Origin: Candidatus Altimarinota bacterium
Lineage (GTDB): Bacteria; Patescibacteriota; Gracilibacteria; JBDHUY01
Length of the DNA stretch: 64,000 nt
Assembly: GCA_039809385.1 (NCBI GenBank)
Contig: JBDHUY010000003.1
Coordinates: forward strand, 64,001 to 128,000
Direction of reading: 5' to 3'
Notes under the pieces: generated by a model
The model's input: only the letters and a program-made list of their open reading frames with translations
Database searches by the model: none
Told to the model about the DNA's origin: nothing
Shown here: piece by piece, positions 48,552 through 56,586 of the stretch
Numbering within the stretch: the first letter of the stretch is position 1
Layout of the letters: the number at the start of each line of letters is the position of its first letter
Translations under genes and position numbers: made by a program

Positions 48552-48995
48552 ATGCATCCTATAAAAAACAAAAAAGCGTATTTCGATTACGAAATTCTCG
48601 ACACGTTCGAGGCCGGAATTGTTTTGCGCGGCGAGGAGATCAAAGCGGTCCGGTTTCAGGGTATGGATCTGAGCGGCTCGTATGTGCTGCTGAAAAACAA
48701 CCGTCTTATGCTTACCGGTGCTACCATTCCGCGCTATAAACATTCCAACAATCAACATTATAATTCCCGGGCCGATCGCTTGCTCTTGTTACGGATGTCC
48801 GAGCTTGAACGCATTTCCAAACAACTCCATACCAAAGGAATTACGTTGTTAGCGCTGGAAGGGTATTTTAGCCATGGTCTTTTTAAAATAAAGATCGGCT
48901 TGGGGCGCGGGAAAAAGAAATACGACAAGCGCGAAAGTATTAAAAACCGCGAGACCGAACGGCAGGTGAGGAGGGAAGGCAGTTATCGGCGATGA
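48552..48995 (+). CDS. smpB: SsrA-binding protein SmpB
   Basis: NKKAYFDYEILDTFEAGIVLRGEEIKAVR; GRGKKKYDKRESIK. Confidence 0.96.
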   Translation: MHPIKNKKAYFDYEILDTFEAGIVLRGEEIKAVRFQGMDLSGSYVLLKNNRLMLTGATIPRYKHSNNQHYNSRADRLLLLRMSELERISKQLHTKGITLLALEGYFSHGLFKIKIGLGRGKKKYDKRESIKNRETERQVRREGSYRR

Positions 48996-49051
48996 GGTTA
49001 GCTTTCTTGGTGTTCATGTGAGATAAAGAGCAATCTCTTGAAAATAATATT

Positions 49052-49785
49052 TCTTCCTGATAAAGCATCCCCTGAATGAAGCGAAGTTCATACTTGTATC
49101 CCGTTCCCCCTGACAAGGGGGCTAGTGGGTTCGGGACTTCTCTCCTACTTCCAATTCTCTCTTCCTCACCGCCAACTGTTCTTCGATATCCTCATATACA
49201 CCTTCCAATTGCTGCAGCACTTCAATATTGTAATACCGCAGTACCTTAATCCCACGAGTTTTGAGAAATTCAGTTCTGTTTTTATCATAATGCCTCTGAG
49301 ATACCTGAGCGTGTGATTCACCGTCAATTTCAATCACCAGTTGAAGTGCCGCGGAGTAAAAGTCCACAATATACGGCCCGATAGGTTTCTGTCGCAAGAA
49401 TTTATACCTGGTTTGCTTTCTGTTTAAAATGTACAGCCAGACTCGTTTTTCAGCCTCGGTAGCGTTATGACGATTGATTCTAGCAAGAGAGGTGAGTTCC
49501 GGGTGGTAGGATTGGTATTTTCTGTGATACATAGTTGGAAGTTTTCAACTATGTTGATTGTTTTGTTCTATGAGATCAATGAGTAGGGAACTTTTTTTCT
49601 CATTTCTTAGGAAAATTTTAGATTATTAGAATGTACGTGCTGATCCTGAACCCCCTAGCCCCCTTATCAGGGGGGACAAGGCACGGATGCAAGTCTTCAC
49701 TCAATGGGGGGCCCTATGAGGCGCAACAAGGCAGGAGTGCAAGTTTCCCGCTTCTATAACGCCCAGCACATGCTTTATCAGGAGA
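49052..49785. mobile_element. Candidate DUF559 cassette bounded by imperfect inverted repeats
   Basis: 49103-49136 reverse-complemented (tcccgaacccactagcccccttgtcagggggaac) matches 49644-49677 (tcctgaaccccctagcccccttatcaggggggac); outer block tcctgataaagcat (~49055) matches atgctttatcagga (~49770). Confidence 0.6.
49122..49532 (-). CDS. DUF559 (Vsr-like) endonuclease domain protein
   Basis: ARINRHNATEAEKRVW, KFLRQKPIGPYIVDFY, LVIEIDGESH, YDKNRTEFL. Confidence 0.92.
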   Translation of the reverse strand: MYHRKYQSYHPELTSLARINRHNATEAEKRVWLYILNRKQTRYKFLRQKPIGPYIVDFYSAALQLVIEIDGESHAQVSQRHYDKNRTEFLKTRGIKVLRYYNIEVLQQLEGVYEDIEEQLAVRKRELEVGEKSRTH

Positions 49786-49868
49786 AATAGGATCCCATTC
49801 GTTTTGCGCAGACTGTCTCTTCTCAAGGGCAACTGCGCGGGTATTTAAACTTGTATGAACCGACAGGT

Positions 49869-51125
49869 TTATAGCAGGAGAAATAACCCGATTCCGACGA
49901 AGAACGGTACAATTAAGGCAGTCGCCAATTTTCCGCCAAAATGCCGGTTTCCGCTGACCCAGGCCAGAATTGATTTTGAAATAAAACTAGTACTGATACT
50001 CAGTAGAATGGCCTTTACTGCCACGATTTGAGAGATAGTGCCGTTTAAGGCTAGTCCCGATACCGCGATCGCAATCGCTTCCCCCCGTACCATGCCCGAA
50101 AAGATGCTGGTCATATAGAGTCCGGCCGATCCGAAGTTCTTTTGACACATTTCGGCGACTATCAGGATCAGTGTCAGGATCAAGGTAAATTCGATCGCTT
50201 TCTTGAGTTGAAATGGATTTTTTATTGCGCACCCCGCCGGTATATGCCGGGACGGATAAAACCAGCGCCGGATGAAAAAAGAAATCACGATCAGTACGAT
50301 AAACAGAATAGCGACAGGAATTATTGCTAGACCAAAAAGATCCTTATTGAGAATAAAGATAAAAAACAGGATTCTGAAAAACGAACTGGCAATGGCGATT
50401 AAAATACCGGAAACGAGAGCATAAGCCGCTTTGTTATCTTTTCTCATGTTTTTGCTTTCAACGCTGAACGATCCCGTTAGGGCGGTCGAAGAGGCTATCC
50501 CCCCAAAGAAACTGGTGTAGCGCGTCCCCCGTTCCATGCCGACCGCGCGGGTGAGAATATAACCGACAAAACCGATACCGCAGATCATTACCACCACCAG
50601 CCACAGCGAAAACGGCTTGATTACACCCCACGGGTCGACGGGTGTATCCGGTAAAAGGGGCAAAATAACAAAAGCGATTACAGCAAATTCGATGCAGGCA
50701 TATAACTCTTTTTCTGCGATGACGCGAACCAGATGATGGGAATATTGTTTCAAAGACAACGTCAACGTTACCAGCACTGCGATCACGATTGCGGGCGTTG
50801 TCCATTTCAAACAGAGCACGCCCACCAGAAAGCTTATCAGCGCTGCCAATTCGGTCGTAACCCCGTCGTGCCGTAACACGAACGTATTGTACACATAGCT
50901 GGCGAGTACCAGAATGCTTACAAAGAAGAAAGATAACGCAATCGTATGAGCATAAAACCGCTCCGACAGGATGGCGCTGATGCATCCGGCTAAAGACAAT
51001 AACGCAAACGAACGGATGCCGGCAAAGTCGTGAAAATGTCCTTTTTGCTGATGACGTTCTCTCTCAGCTCCTATCAGGATTCCGAGTCCGAAGGCGGTAA
51101 ATACCGGTAATAAAAGTTCGTACAT
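49869..51125 (-). CDS. MgtC/SapB family, DUF4010 membrane protein
   Basis: LGILIGAERE, AGIRSFAL, GVTTELAAL, VILPLLPD, GGIASSTALT. Confidence 0.9.
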   Translation of the reverse strand: MYELLLPVFTAFGLGILIGAERERHQQKGHFHDFAGIRSFALLSLAGCISAILSERFYAHTIALSFFFVSILVLASYVYNTFVLRHDGVTTELAALISFLVGVLCLKWTTPAIVIAVLVTLTLSLKQYSHHLVRVIAEKELYACIEFAVIAFVILPLLPDTPVDPWGVIKPFSLWLVVVMICGIGFVGYILTRAVGMERGTRYTSFFGGIASSTALTGSFSVESKNMRKDNKAAYALVSGILIAIASSFFRILFFIFILNKDLFGLAIIPVAILFIVLIVISFFIRRWFYPSRHIPAGCAIKNPFQLKKAIEFTLILTLILIVAEMCQKNFGSAGLYMTSIFSGMVRGEAIAIAVSGLALNGTISQIVAVKAILLSISTSFISKSILAWVSGNRHFGGKLATALIVPFFVGIGLFLLL

Positions 51126-51200
51126 GTTCTTTTTTCAAAAAATGCCATACTGTTTTCCTTCCAGTATAGCATTTTTCAGGTTAAAAAGGAACGTTTGCGT

Positions 51201-53195
51201 CTACTCGATCGTCCATTCCAGGGTCGTCGATGTATTCGTATCTTTTGCGAGGGCTTGTAATAGGACTTCTCCTTGTTTTTCGACTCCGCTTTTGTAGCTG
51301 TGGGCTATGATCTTCTGATCCGAGAGAGTATAGATCGTATCGCCGATAAAAAGGCTGCGATCGATCGCACCGTTTTTTCCATTGAAGTATATATCTTCCG
51401 CTGCTTCGGCATGGCTTATTTTCCCTTTCAGATCGAACCCTTTGTCCCGGGTGAGATTATATACATACGCACCCTGAAATTGGTCGTTGCGGAAGGGAAC
51501 GTCGAATGCGACACCGTCGGGTAATTCGTTTACCGAGGTGGTCACCGAAACCGGCAATATCAGCAGATTTCTTTCCCGGTCGAATAGAAAAGCTTTGTGA
51601 TCCGTCAGTACTGGTGAATCGCTGCCCCGGTCGCCGATGATGACTTTATGCAACTCCTTGGGATTTTCGGGATCCCTTACATCGAATAAGGCCATTTTGA
51701 CCCCCTGATACCAGGCAAAATCTCCATTATCTGCTTGAACAGTATCTTTGCCGATGCCGATGATATGATTTTCGTCATACGGATGTAGATAATCCGAATA
51801 GCCGGGTATTTTGAGTTTCCCTAATATTTTGGGATTCTGCGGATCCGACAGATCGACGGTAAAAAACGGATCTACTTTCTTAAACGTTACCAGATAGCCG
51901 CGTTTCCCCATGAAGCGTGCCGAATAGAGGGTTTCGCCGGGAGCGATCCCTTCGATCTGACCGGTTGTTTTCATGGACGGATCCAGTACATACAGATTAT
52001 TTCGACTGCGAATCTCTCCAAAGAAAAATTCGATCAGCGGATCGGTGCGTAAGTTCCGTTCGGTCGTCACTATCCGTAAGTTGCCTTCATACTCGTCGAG
52101 TGAAAACTGATTTAAGACCGTGCCGGGTACATTGCCTTGTCCTTGATATTCGATTGTTCCCTGGTCGAGTCCGAATTTGTATATTTTGGTCTCCTCGGAT
52201 CGTCCGGTCTTGGTCTTTTTACTCGTATCGTTGTAGGAACTTCGGGCGGTTTCGGTAATGTAAAGATGCTCTGCCGAAGCGTAGACGGTTTCTCCGGATC
52301 CGAGAATGACCTCTTTTTCCAACAGGCGCGCGGTATCTCTCAGATCAAATCCTAGCAGGGTTATATACTGTGTGCCGACGCTGTCTGGGATATAGCGTAC
52401 TTCTGTGCAGTCAACCAATGGTTTTTCCGTGTTGCTGATTTTTGAATCGCGATACAGGGGAAGGTACACGTCGTTATTGTTCTTAGTAGCAGAATTTGCG
52501 TAGATGGGGGTATTCAAAACGACATATACCTTGCTGTCTATCATGCGGGAGGTAGTATAGTTGCCGTTCACTTCGAGGGAACGTTCCAGACGAGGCTCGG
52601 TACGATCGGTCAGGTCATAGATTTTCATAAATGTTTCCATGGTCGACGGTATTGAGATAGAGCGTTCTTCTTCGGTAAAGCTGCCTGCTGGAACTGTCGT
52701 GGTTCCGAAGACGACTAAGCGATTGTCTAGGATAAAAAACTCGGTGGCCTGCTGGGAGTTATTATCTGTAAAAGCAATAGTGGCCAGGACTTTCATAGTT
52801 CCCGCAGGCACGGCCTCGACGATATACAGGGTGTTGTTGGACAGTCGATAAATGTATTTGCCGTCGGTTTTGGTCTGGTCGGCTTCGTCGATGCCGGCTA
52901 CCTGAACATTGGTGGTCGAGTAATCTCCGTCAGCTGTGCCTCGTCCGATCGATTCGCTTTTCGTCGCTTGACCCGGAGTGGTCGGAGTCATTTCAAATAA
53001 AGGAGTGTCATGGCGGTATTTTTCTTCTTGATCGACGTGTGTATCAAGATAACTCTGGAGCTCGACGCACGAATCAAAACTGGGAAGTTCCTCGGCCCGG
53101 GTTGTGGGTATCATGCTTAAATTGCCTTTGCATCCGCTCAGGATAGCAGTTGCTAATAGTAGTATGATCAGACTTATGTTTTTTGTTTTTTGCAT
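51201..53195 (-). CDS. Secreted beta-propeller domain lipoprotein
   Basis: Lipobox LSGC; YSTTNVQVAGIDEAD, LNQFSLDEY, GKLKIPGYSDYLHPYDENHIIGIG. Confidence 0.9.
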   Translation of the reverse strand: MQKTKNISLIILLLATAILSGCKGNLSMIPTTRAEELPSFDSCVELQSYLDTHVDQEEKYRHDTPLFEMTPTTPGQATKSESIGRGTADGDYSTTNVQVAGIDEADQTKTDGKYIYRLSNNTLYIVEAVPAGTMKVLATIAFTDNNSQQATEFFILDNRLVVFGTTTVPAGSFTEEERSISIPSTMETFMKIYDLTDRTEPRLERSLEVNGNYTTSRMIDSKVYVVLNTPIYANSATKNNNDVYLPLYRDSKISNTEKPLVDCTEVRYIPDSVGTQYITLLGFDLRDTARLLEKEVILGSGETVYASAEHLYITETARSSYNDTSKKTKTGRSEETKIYKFGLDQGTIEYQGQGNVPGTVLNQFSLDEYEGNLRIVTTERNLRTDPLIEFFFGEIRSRNNLYVLDPSMKTTGQIEGIAPGETLYSARFMGKRGYLVTFKKVDPFFTVDLSDPQNPKILGKLKIPGYSDYLHPYDENHIIGIGKDTVQADNGDFAWYQGVKMALFDVRDPENPKELHKVIIGDRGSDSPVLTDHKAFLFDRERNLLILPVSVTTSVNELPDGVAFDVPFRNDQFQGAYVYNLTRDKGFDLKGKISHAEAAEDIYFNGKNGAIDRSLFIGDTIYTLSDQKIIAHSYKSGVEKQGEVLLQALAKDTNTSTTLEWTIE

Positions 53196-53349
53196 AACGG
53201 TATGATTTACGGAAATAGAATGAAGCTTCATGAAAAACAATGCTTATTTTTATAAGACATTACAAAGAAGCAGGAGTTGCTCATGCTCAACAGCCAGTGG
53301 CTAGCGAAGGAGCCAAAGAGTAGAAATAGAGAAAAATAAGAGGGGGCGA

Positions 53350-54021
53350 CTACTCGCTACTCCTTCTTGTCTTCTTTTTCATTGCGGCTTTTTCTCGGAG
53401 CAGTTTATTTCGCTCGTGGCGTACTTCTTCCATTTCTTCACTTACTGTTCCTAAGGTCTCTCTCAAACCCTCGATAATTGCCAAAAGAGCTTCTTCTCTC
53501 GTAGGATTTTCTGTCGCGGTGAAATCTTGCTGGGGAGGCGGACGGTCTTCAGGAGTAGGAAATGTGGTTAAGAGATTTTTGAGAAGGTCACGAATATCTC
53601 CAAAAAAGTTTACGCTTGGTTTGAAACCCAATGTGCGAACTAAAAAACGCAGTCGAAAGGTGTCGTTTCCCGAGAGCGTTTTCAATTTCCTGAGAAATTG
53701 CAAGAGGTATCTTTCCGCATTAGGATAGGAATAATCTTTTTTTCTATGTTCCGGTAAATTCTTACTACAATTTCGCACCATTTCTTCTACGCTCAAGTTG
53801 GCATTTATCAGAAGAAACTCTATATCCAGCTCGAAAAAGTTCAGAATATTGCTTAGACGCGACCGGTAATTAAGTCTCTGAATCGACTTTCCTTTTTTCG
53901 TTTCATTTTCCGAAAACATACTAATCAGTTCCTCGACCGAAAAAAGTTCCAGTAGGACTTTTAAGTCAGGAGCATCTTGCTCTCGGGTTTCGGGCGGGTT
54001 GGAGGAAGCTCGAAGAGTCAT
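53350..54021 (-). CDS. Hypothetical protein with C-terminal coiled coil
   Basis: ORF filling the gap; no recognisable family. Confidence 0.6.
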   Translation of the reverse strand: MTLRASSNPPETREQDAPDLKVLLELFSVEELISMFSENETKKGKSIQRLNYRSRLSNILNFFELDIEFLLINANLSVEEMVRNCSKNLPEHRKKDYSYPNAERYLLQFLRKLKTLSGNDTFRLRFLVRTLGFKPSVNFFGDIRDLLKNLLTTFPTPEDRPPPQQDFTATENPTREEALLAIIEGLRETLGTVSEEMEEVRHERNKLLREKAAMKKKTRRSSE

Positions 54022-54201
54022 ACACTGCAAATAATCAAAAATTTGATAGCATGCGTATTATAAAAACTTTTTTGTGTTTTGCAAGAGATATCTTTTCAGC
54101 ACAAAGAGGGCTAACATGGTACTGCCTGCTAAATAAAGTCTGCTTTGACTTTTGAGCTCTTTCGTCTTACTTTTAAACTACTTTTTTCATGAAAAATTTT
54201 T

Positions 54202-55503
54202 ATGAAACAACTGGTAATCGCTCTTCTGACTTTCTTTGCCAAACAAAAACTGCGTCGCTCTCAACCGGTGATTATCGGTATTACCGGCACGGTCGGAAAA
54301 ACGACCACCAAAGAGATCGTTGCTCACCTACTTTCCGCCCAATTCCCCGTCAAAAAAAGTGAAGGGGGTTTGAACAGCGACATCGGTCTGCCATTAACGA
54401 TTCTCAATCAAAAGACCGGATATAATCTTGTTTCCTGGATCAGGATTCTCTTCTTTGGCTTTTTGGAAAGTTTTAAAAAAGAACCGGCCCGCTATTTCGT
54501 GGCCGAAATGGGAGCCGATAAGCCGGGCGATATTGCTCATTTAGTCAGTATCGCTCCTCCGCATATCAGCGTGGTTACCAGCGTGGCGCGGGTGCATTTA
54601 AACGAAGATCAGTTTCGCGACGAAGATGCGATCGCCGCCGAAAAGGCTAAAATTGTTACCGGCTTGGGCGAAAACGATATTGCCATTTTAAACGCGGATA
54701 ATCCCTGGACATTTGCCATGCGCGAAAAAACCAAAGCCCGGGTACTCCTGTTTGGCCATAGCGATCAGGCGCATATCCGCTTAGAAAAGGTCCGCGCTAC
54801 CTTGGAAGGTATTACGTTCGAGGTTTCCTATCAGTCCAGACGTTTCGAATTTCAGGCTCCAGTGGTCGGGAGTTTTCTGGCTTCGACCTTTCTTCCCGCT
54901 ATTCTGATTGCCTTTTTGCTCGATGTTCCGTTGTCCAAAATCCAGGAACGTGTCTCGAGTTTTCGTATGCCCAACGGACGGTTAAGTCTTATCGAGGGTA
55001 TCAACGATTCCTGGATTATTGATAGTAGTTATAACTCTTCCGCGTATGCCTGCCGCGAAGCTTTGCTCACGCTTTCCGCTTTGCCCGGGAATCGCAAGAT
55101 CGCGGTGCTGGGGAATATGAATGAGCTGGGTAGTTTTGCCGAGGAAGAACATCGTGAGATAGGTACGTTTGCGGCCGAGAGATGTGACCTGCTGGTTACC
55201 GTCGGGCAGGATGCCCAGTGGATAGCGGAGGAGGCAAGCGGTCAGAAACCAGGCCGGCAGTCGACAGCTGACAGCCGACAGCTAAGGATCAAAAGCTTCC
55301 TGAATTACCAGCAAGCGGCAGAGTATGTAAAACCACTCATTCAGAAAGGCGATCTGATTTTGGTGAAGGGGTCTCAAAATAAGGTGTTTTTGGAAGAACT
55401 GATCAAGCAGATTATGAAACATCCCGAGACGGCTCACAACGTTCTGGTACGGCAGGGGCCCGAATGGGAGAAAAAGAAAGCCGCTTTTCTGGCTTCGGCT
55501 TAG
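54202..55503 (+). CDS. murF: UDP-N-acetylmuramoyl-tripeptide--D-alanyl-D-alanine ligase
   Basis: IGITGTVGKTTTKE, EMGADKPGDI, IIDSSYNSS, LGNMNELG, ILVKGSQ. Confidence 0.93.
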   Translation: MKQLVIALLTFFAKQKLRRSQPVIIGITGTVGKTTTKEIVAHLLSAQFPVKKSEGGLNSDIGLPLTILNQKTGYNLVSWIRILFFGFLESFKKEPARYFVAEMGADKPGDIAHLVSIAPPHISVVTSVARVHLNEDQFRDEDAIAAEKAKIVTGLGENDIAILNADNPWTFAMREKTKARVLLFGHSDQAHIRLEKVRATLEGITFEVSYQSRRFEFQAPVVGSFLASTFLPAILIAFLLDVPLSKIQERVSSFRMPNGRLSLIEGINDSWIIDSSYNSSAYACREALLTLSALPGNRKIAVLGNMNELGSFAEEEHREIGTFAAERCDLLVTVGQDAQWIAEEASGQKPGRQSTADSRQLRIKSFLNYQQAAEYVKPLIQKGDLILVKGSQNKVFLEELIKQIMKHPETAHNVLVRQGPEWEKKKAAFLASA

Positions 55504-55652
55504 TAATATTTCAAGAGAGGATATTATCCAAGCTAAAAGATAAAAAAATCCTAACTTTTTAGCAAAAGGTATCTTCTTATTTTGCAATTGTAAGGATATT
55601 TGAATACCATGATTGTAGATAATATATTCTGTTATCTCTTTATAAATACCTT

Positions 55653-55892
55653 ATGAATAATAAGAAGAAACAGCCTGAAAAAAATCAGACTCAAAACTTT
55701 CCCCCTGCTTTGTATGCTTCTGTCTTTCGATCTACGGTGACTGATCGAGATCTTTTTTTAGAATGTTTTCAACCTGCCGGAGATAATACGTTCTCGTTAA
55801 TAGCAAGACTGGTAATGCCCCTTGCTTCTGCTCAGGAGCTGAATGATCTTATGAAGCAGCAATTAGAAAAAAATAAGAAAAGTAATACGTAG
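55653..55892 (+). CDS. Small protein, DUF3467-like
   Basis: LYASVFRSTVTDRDLFLECFQP...IARLVMPLASAQEL resembles the DUF3467 pattern. Confidence 0.55.
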   Translation: MNNKKKQPEKNQTQNFPPALYASVFRSTVTDRDLFLECFQPAGDNTFSLIARLVMPLASAQELNDLMKQQLEKNKKSNT

Positions 55893-55909
55893 TCATTTTC
55901 TTTTTTTCC

Positions 55910-56113
55910 ATGATTATAAAGGATAAAGCTATTTATGGTGGTAAAGCTATTATACAAGGAACAAGACTTCCTGTTTCTTCTATTTTAGCTATGCTTGCGG
56001 ATGGAAAAACTCCCAAACAGATAGTTAAGAGAATCAACTCCTTCCATAAAACAGACCTAAAAGAAAAAGATATTAGAGAGGCTTTGGAATATAGTATTAC
56101 AGTATTGAAATAA
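55910..56113 (+). CDS. DUF433 antitoxin-like protein
   Basis: DKAIYGGKAIIQGTRLPVSSILAMLADG...DIREALEY. Confidence 0.9.
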   Translation: MIIKDKAIYGGKAIIQGTRLPVSSILAMLADGKTPKQIVKRINSFHKTDLKEKDIREALEYSITVLK

Positions 56114-56508
56114 TGAAAAAGCTCATTCAAGTAAAGAGGGTTAAGCAAAAGCCTAAAATAGCTGTTGATGCAGACAGTACGTTTTTAATAGCTAAAATCA
56201 GTAAAAAGAATGCAAAGTTACGATCCGTGGTAGATTTTACAAATTCCCCCGCGGCTGAAGATAAAGTAGTTTATACTATGGCTAATAAGGCCAATTATCA
56301 TGTATTGACGGGTAATATTTCTGATTTTTTTAAATTTCCAAAGAGTAAAAAAGATGTTGGAGTGATAGGACACAGAAATCCGATTGATTCAAAGTCTACC
56401 CAAAAGGAACTTGCTGATTTCCTTAAAAAAGTCTCACATGAGGATTTATTTGGAAAATGTATTGTCGTAGATCATCAAGGAATAAAAGTAATCAAGAACT
56501 TTTCATAG
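56113..56508 (+). CDS. PIN-like (DUF5615) toxin candidate
   Basis: Overlaps the DUF433 stop by 1 bp; IAVDAD, AEDKVV, VLTGNISDF pattern. Confidence 0.65.
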   Translation: MKKLIQVKRVKQKPKIAVDADSTFLIAKISKKNAKLRSVVDFTNSPAAEDKVVYTMANKANYHVLTGNISDFFKFPKSKKDVGVIGHRNPIDSKSTQKELADFLKKVSHEDLFGKCIVVDHQGIKVIKNFS

Positions 56509-56586
56509 AAGGCGTTATGTATTGTTAAGAAACTTTGACATTGTTATACTCTAGCTGTCTTACTTTTCTCTTTTTCTATACAAATC

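Noticed and set aside
48996-49868. tmRNA (ssrA) next to smpB
   Set aside because: No tRNA-like 5' end or T-arm/CCA 3' end recognised; the space holds the DUF559 cassette.
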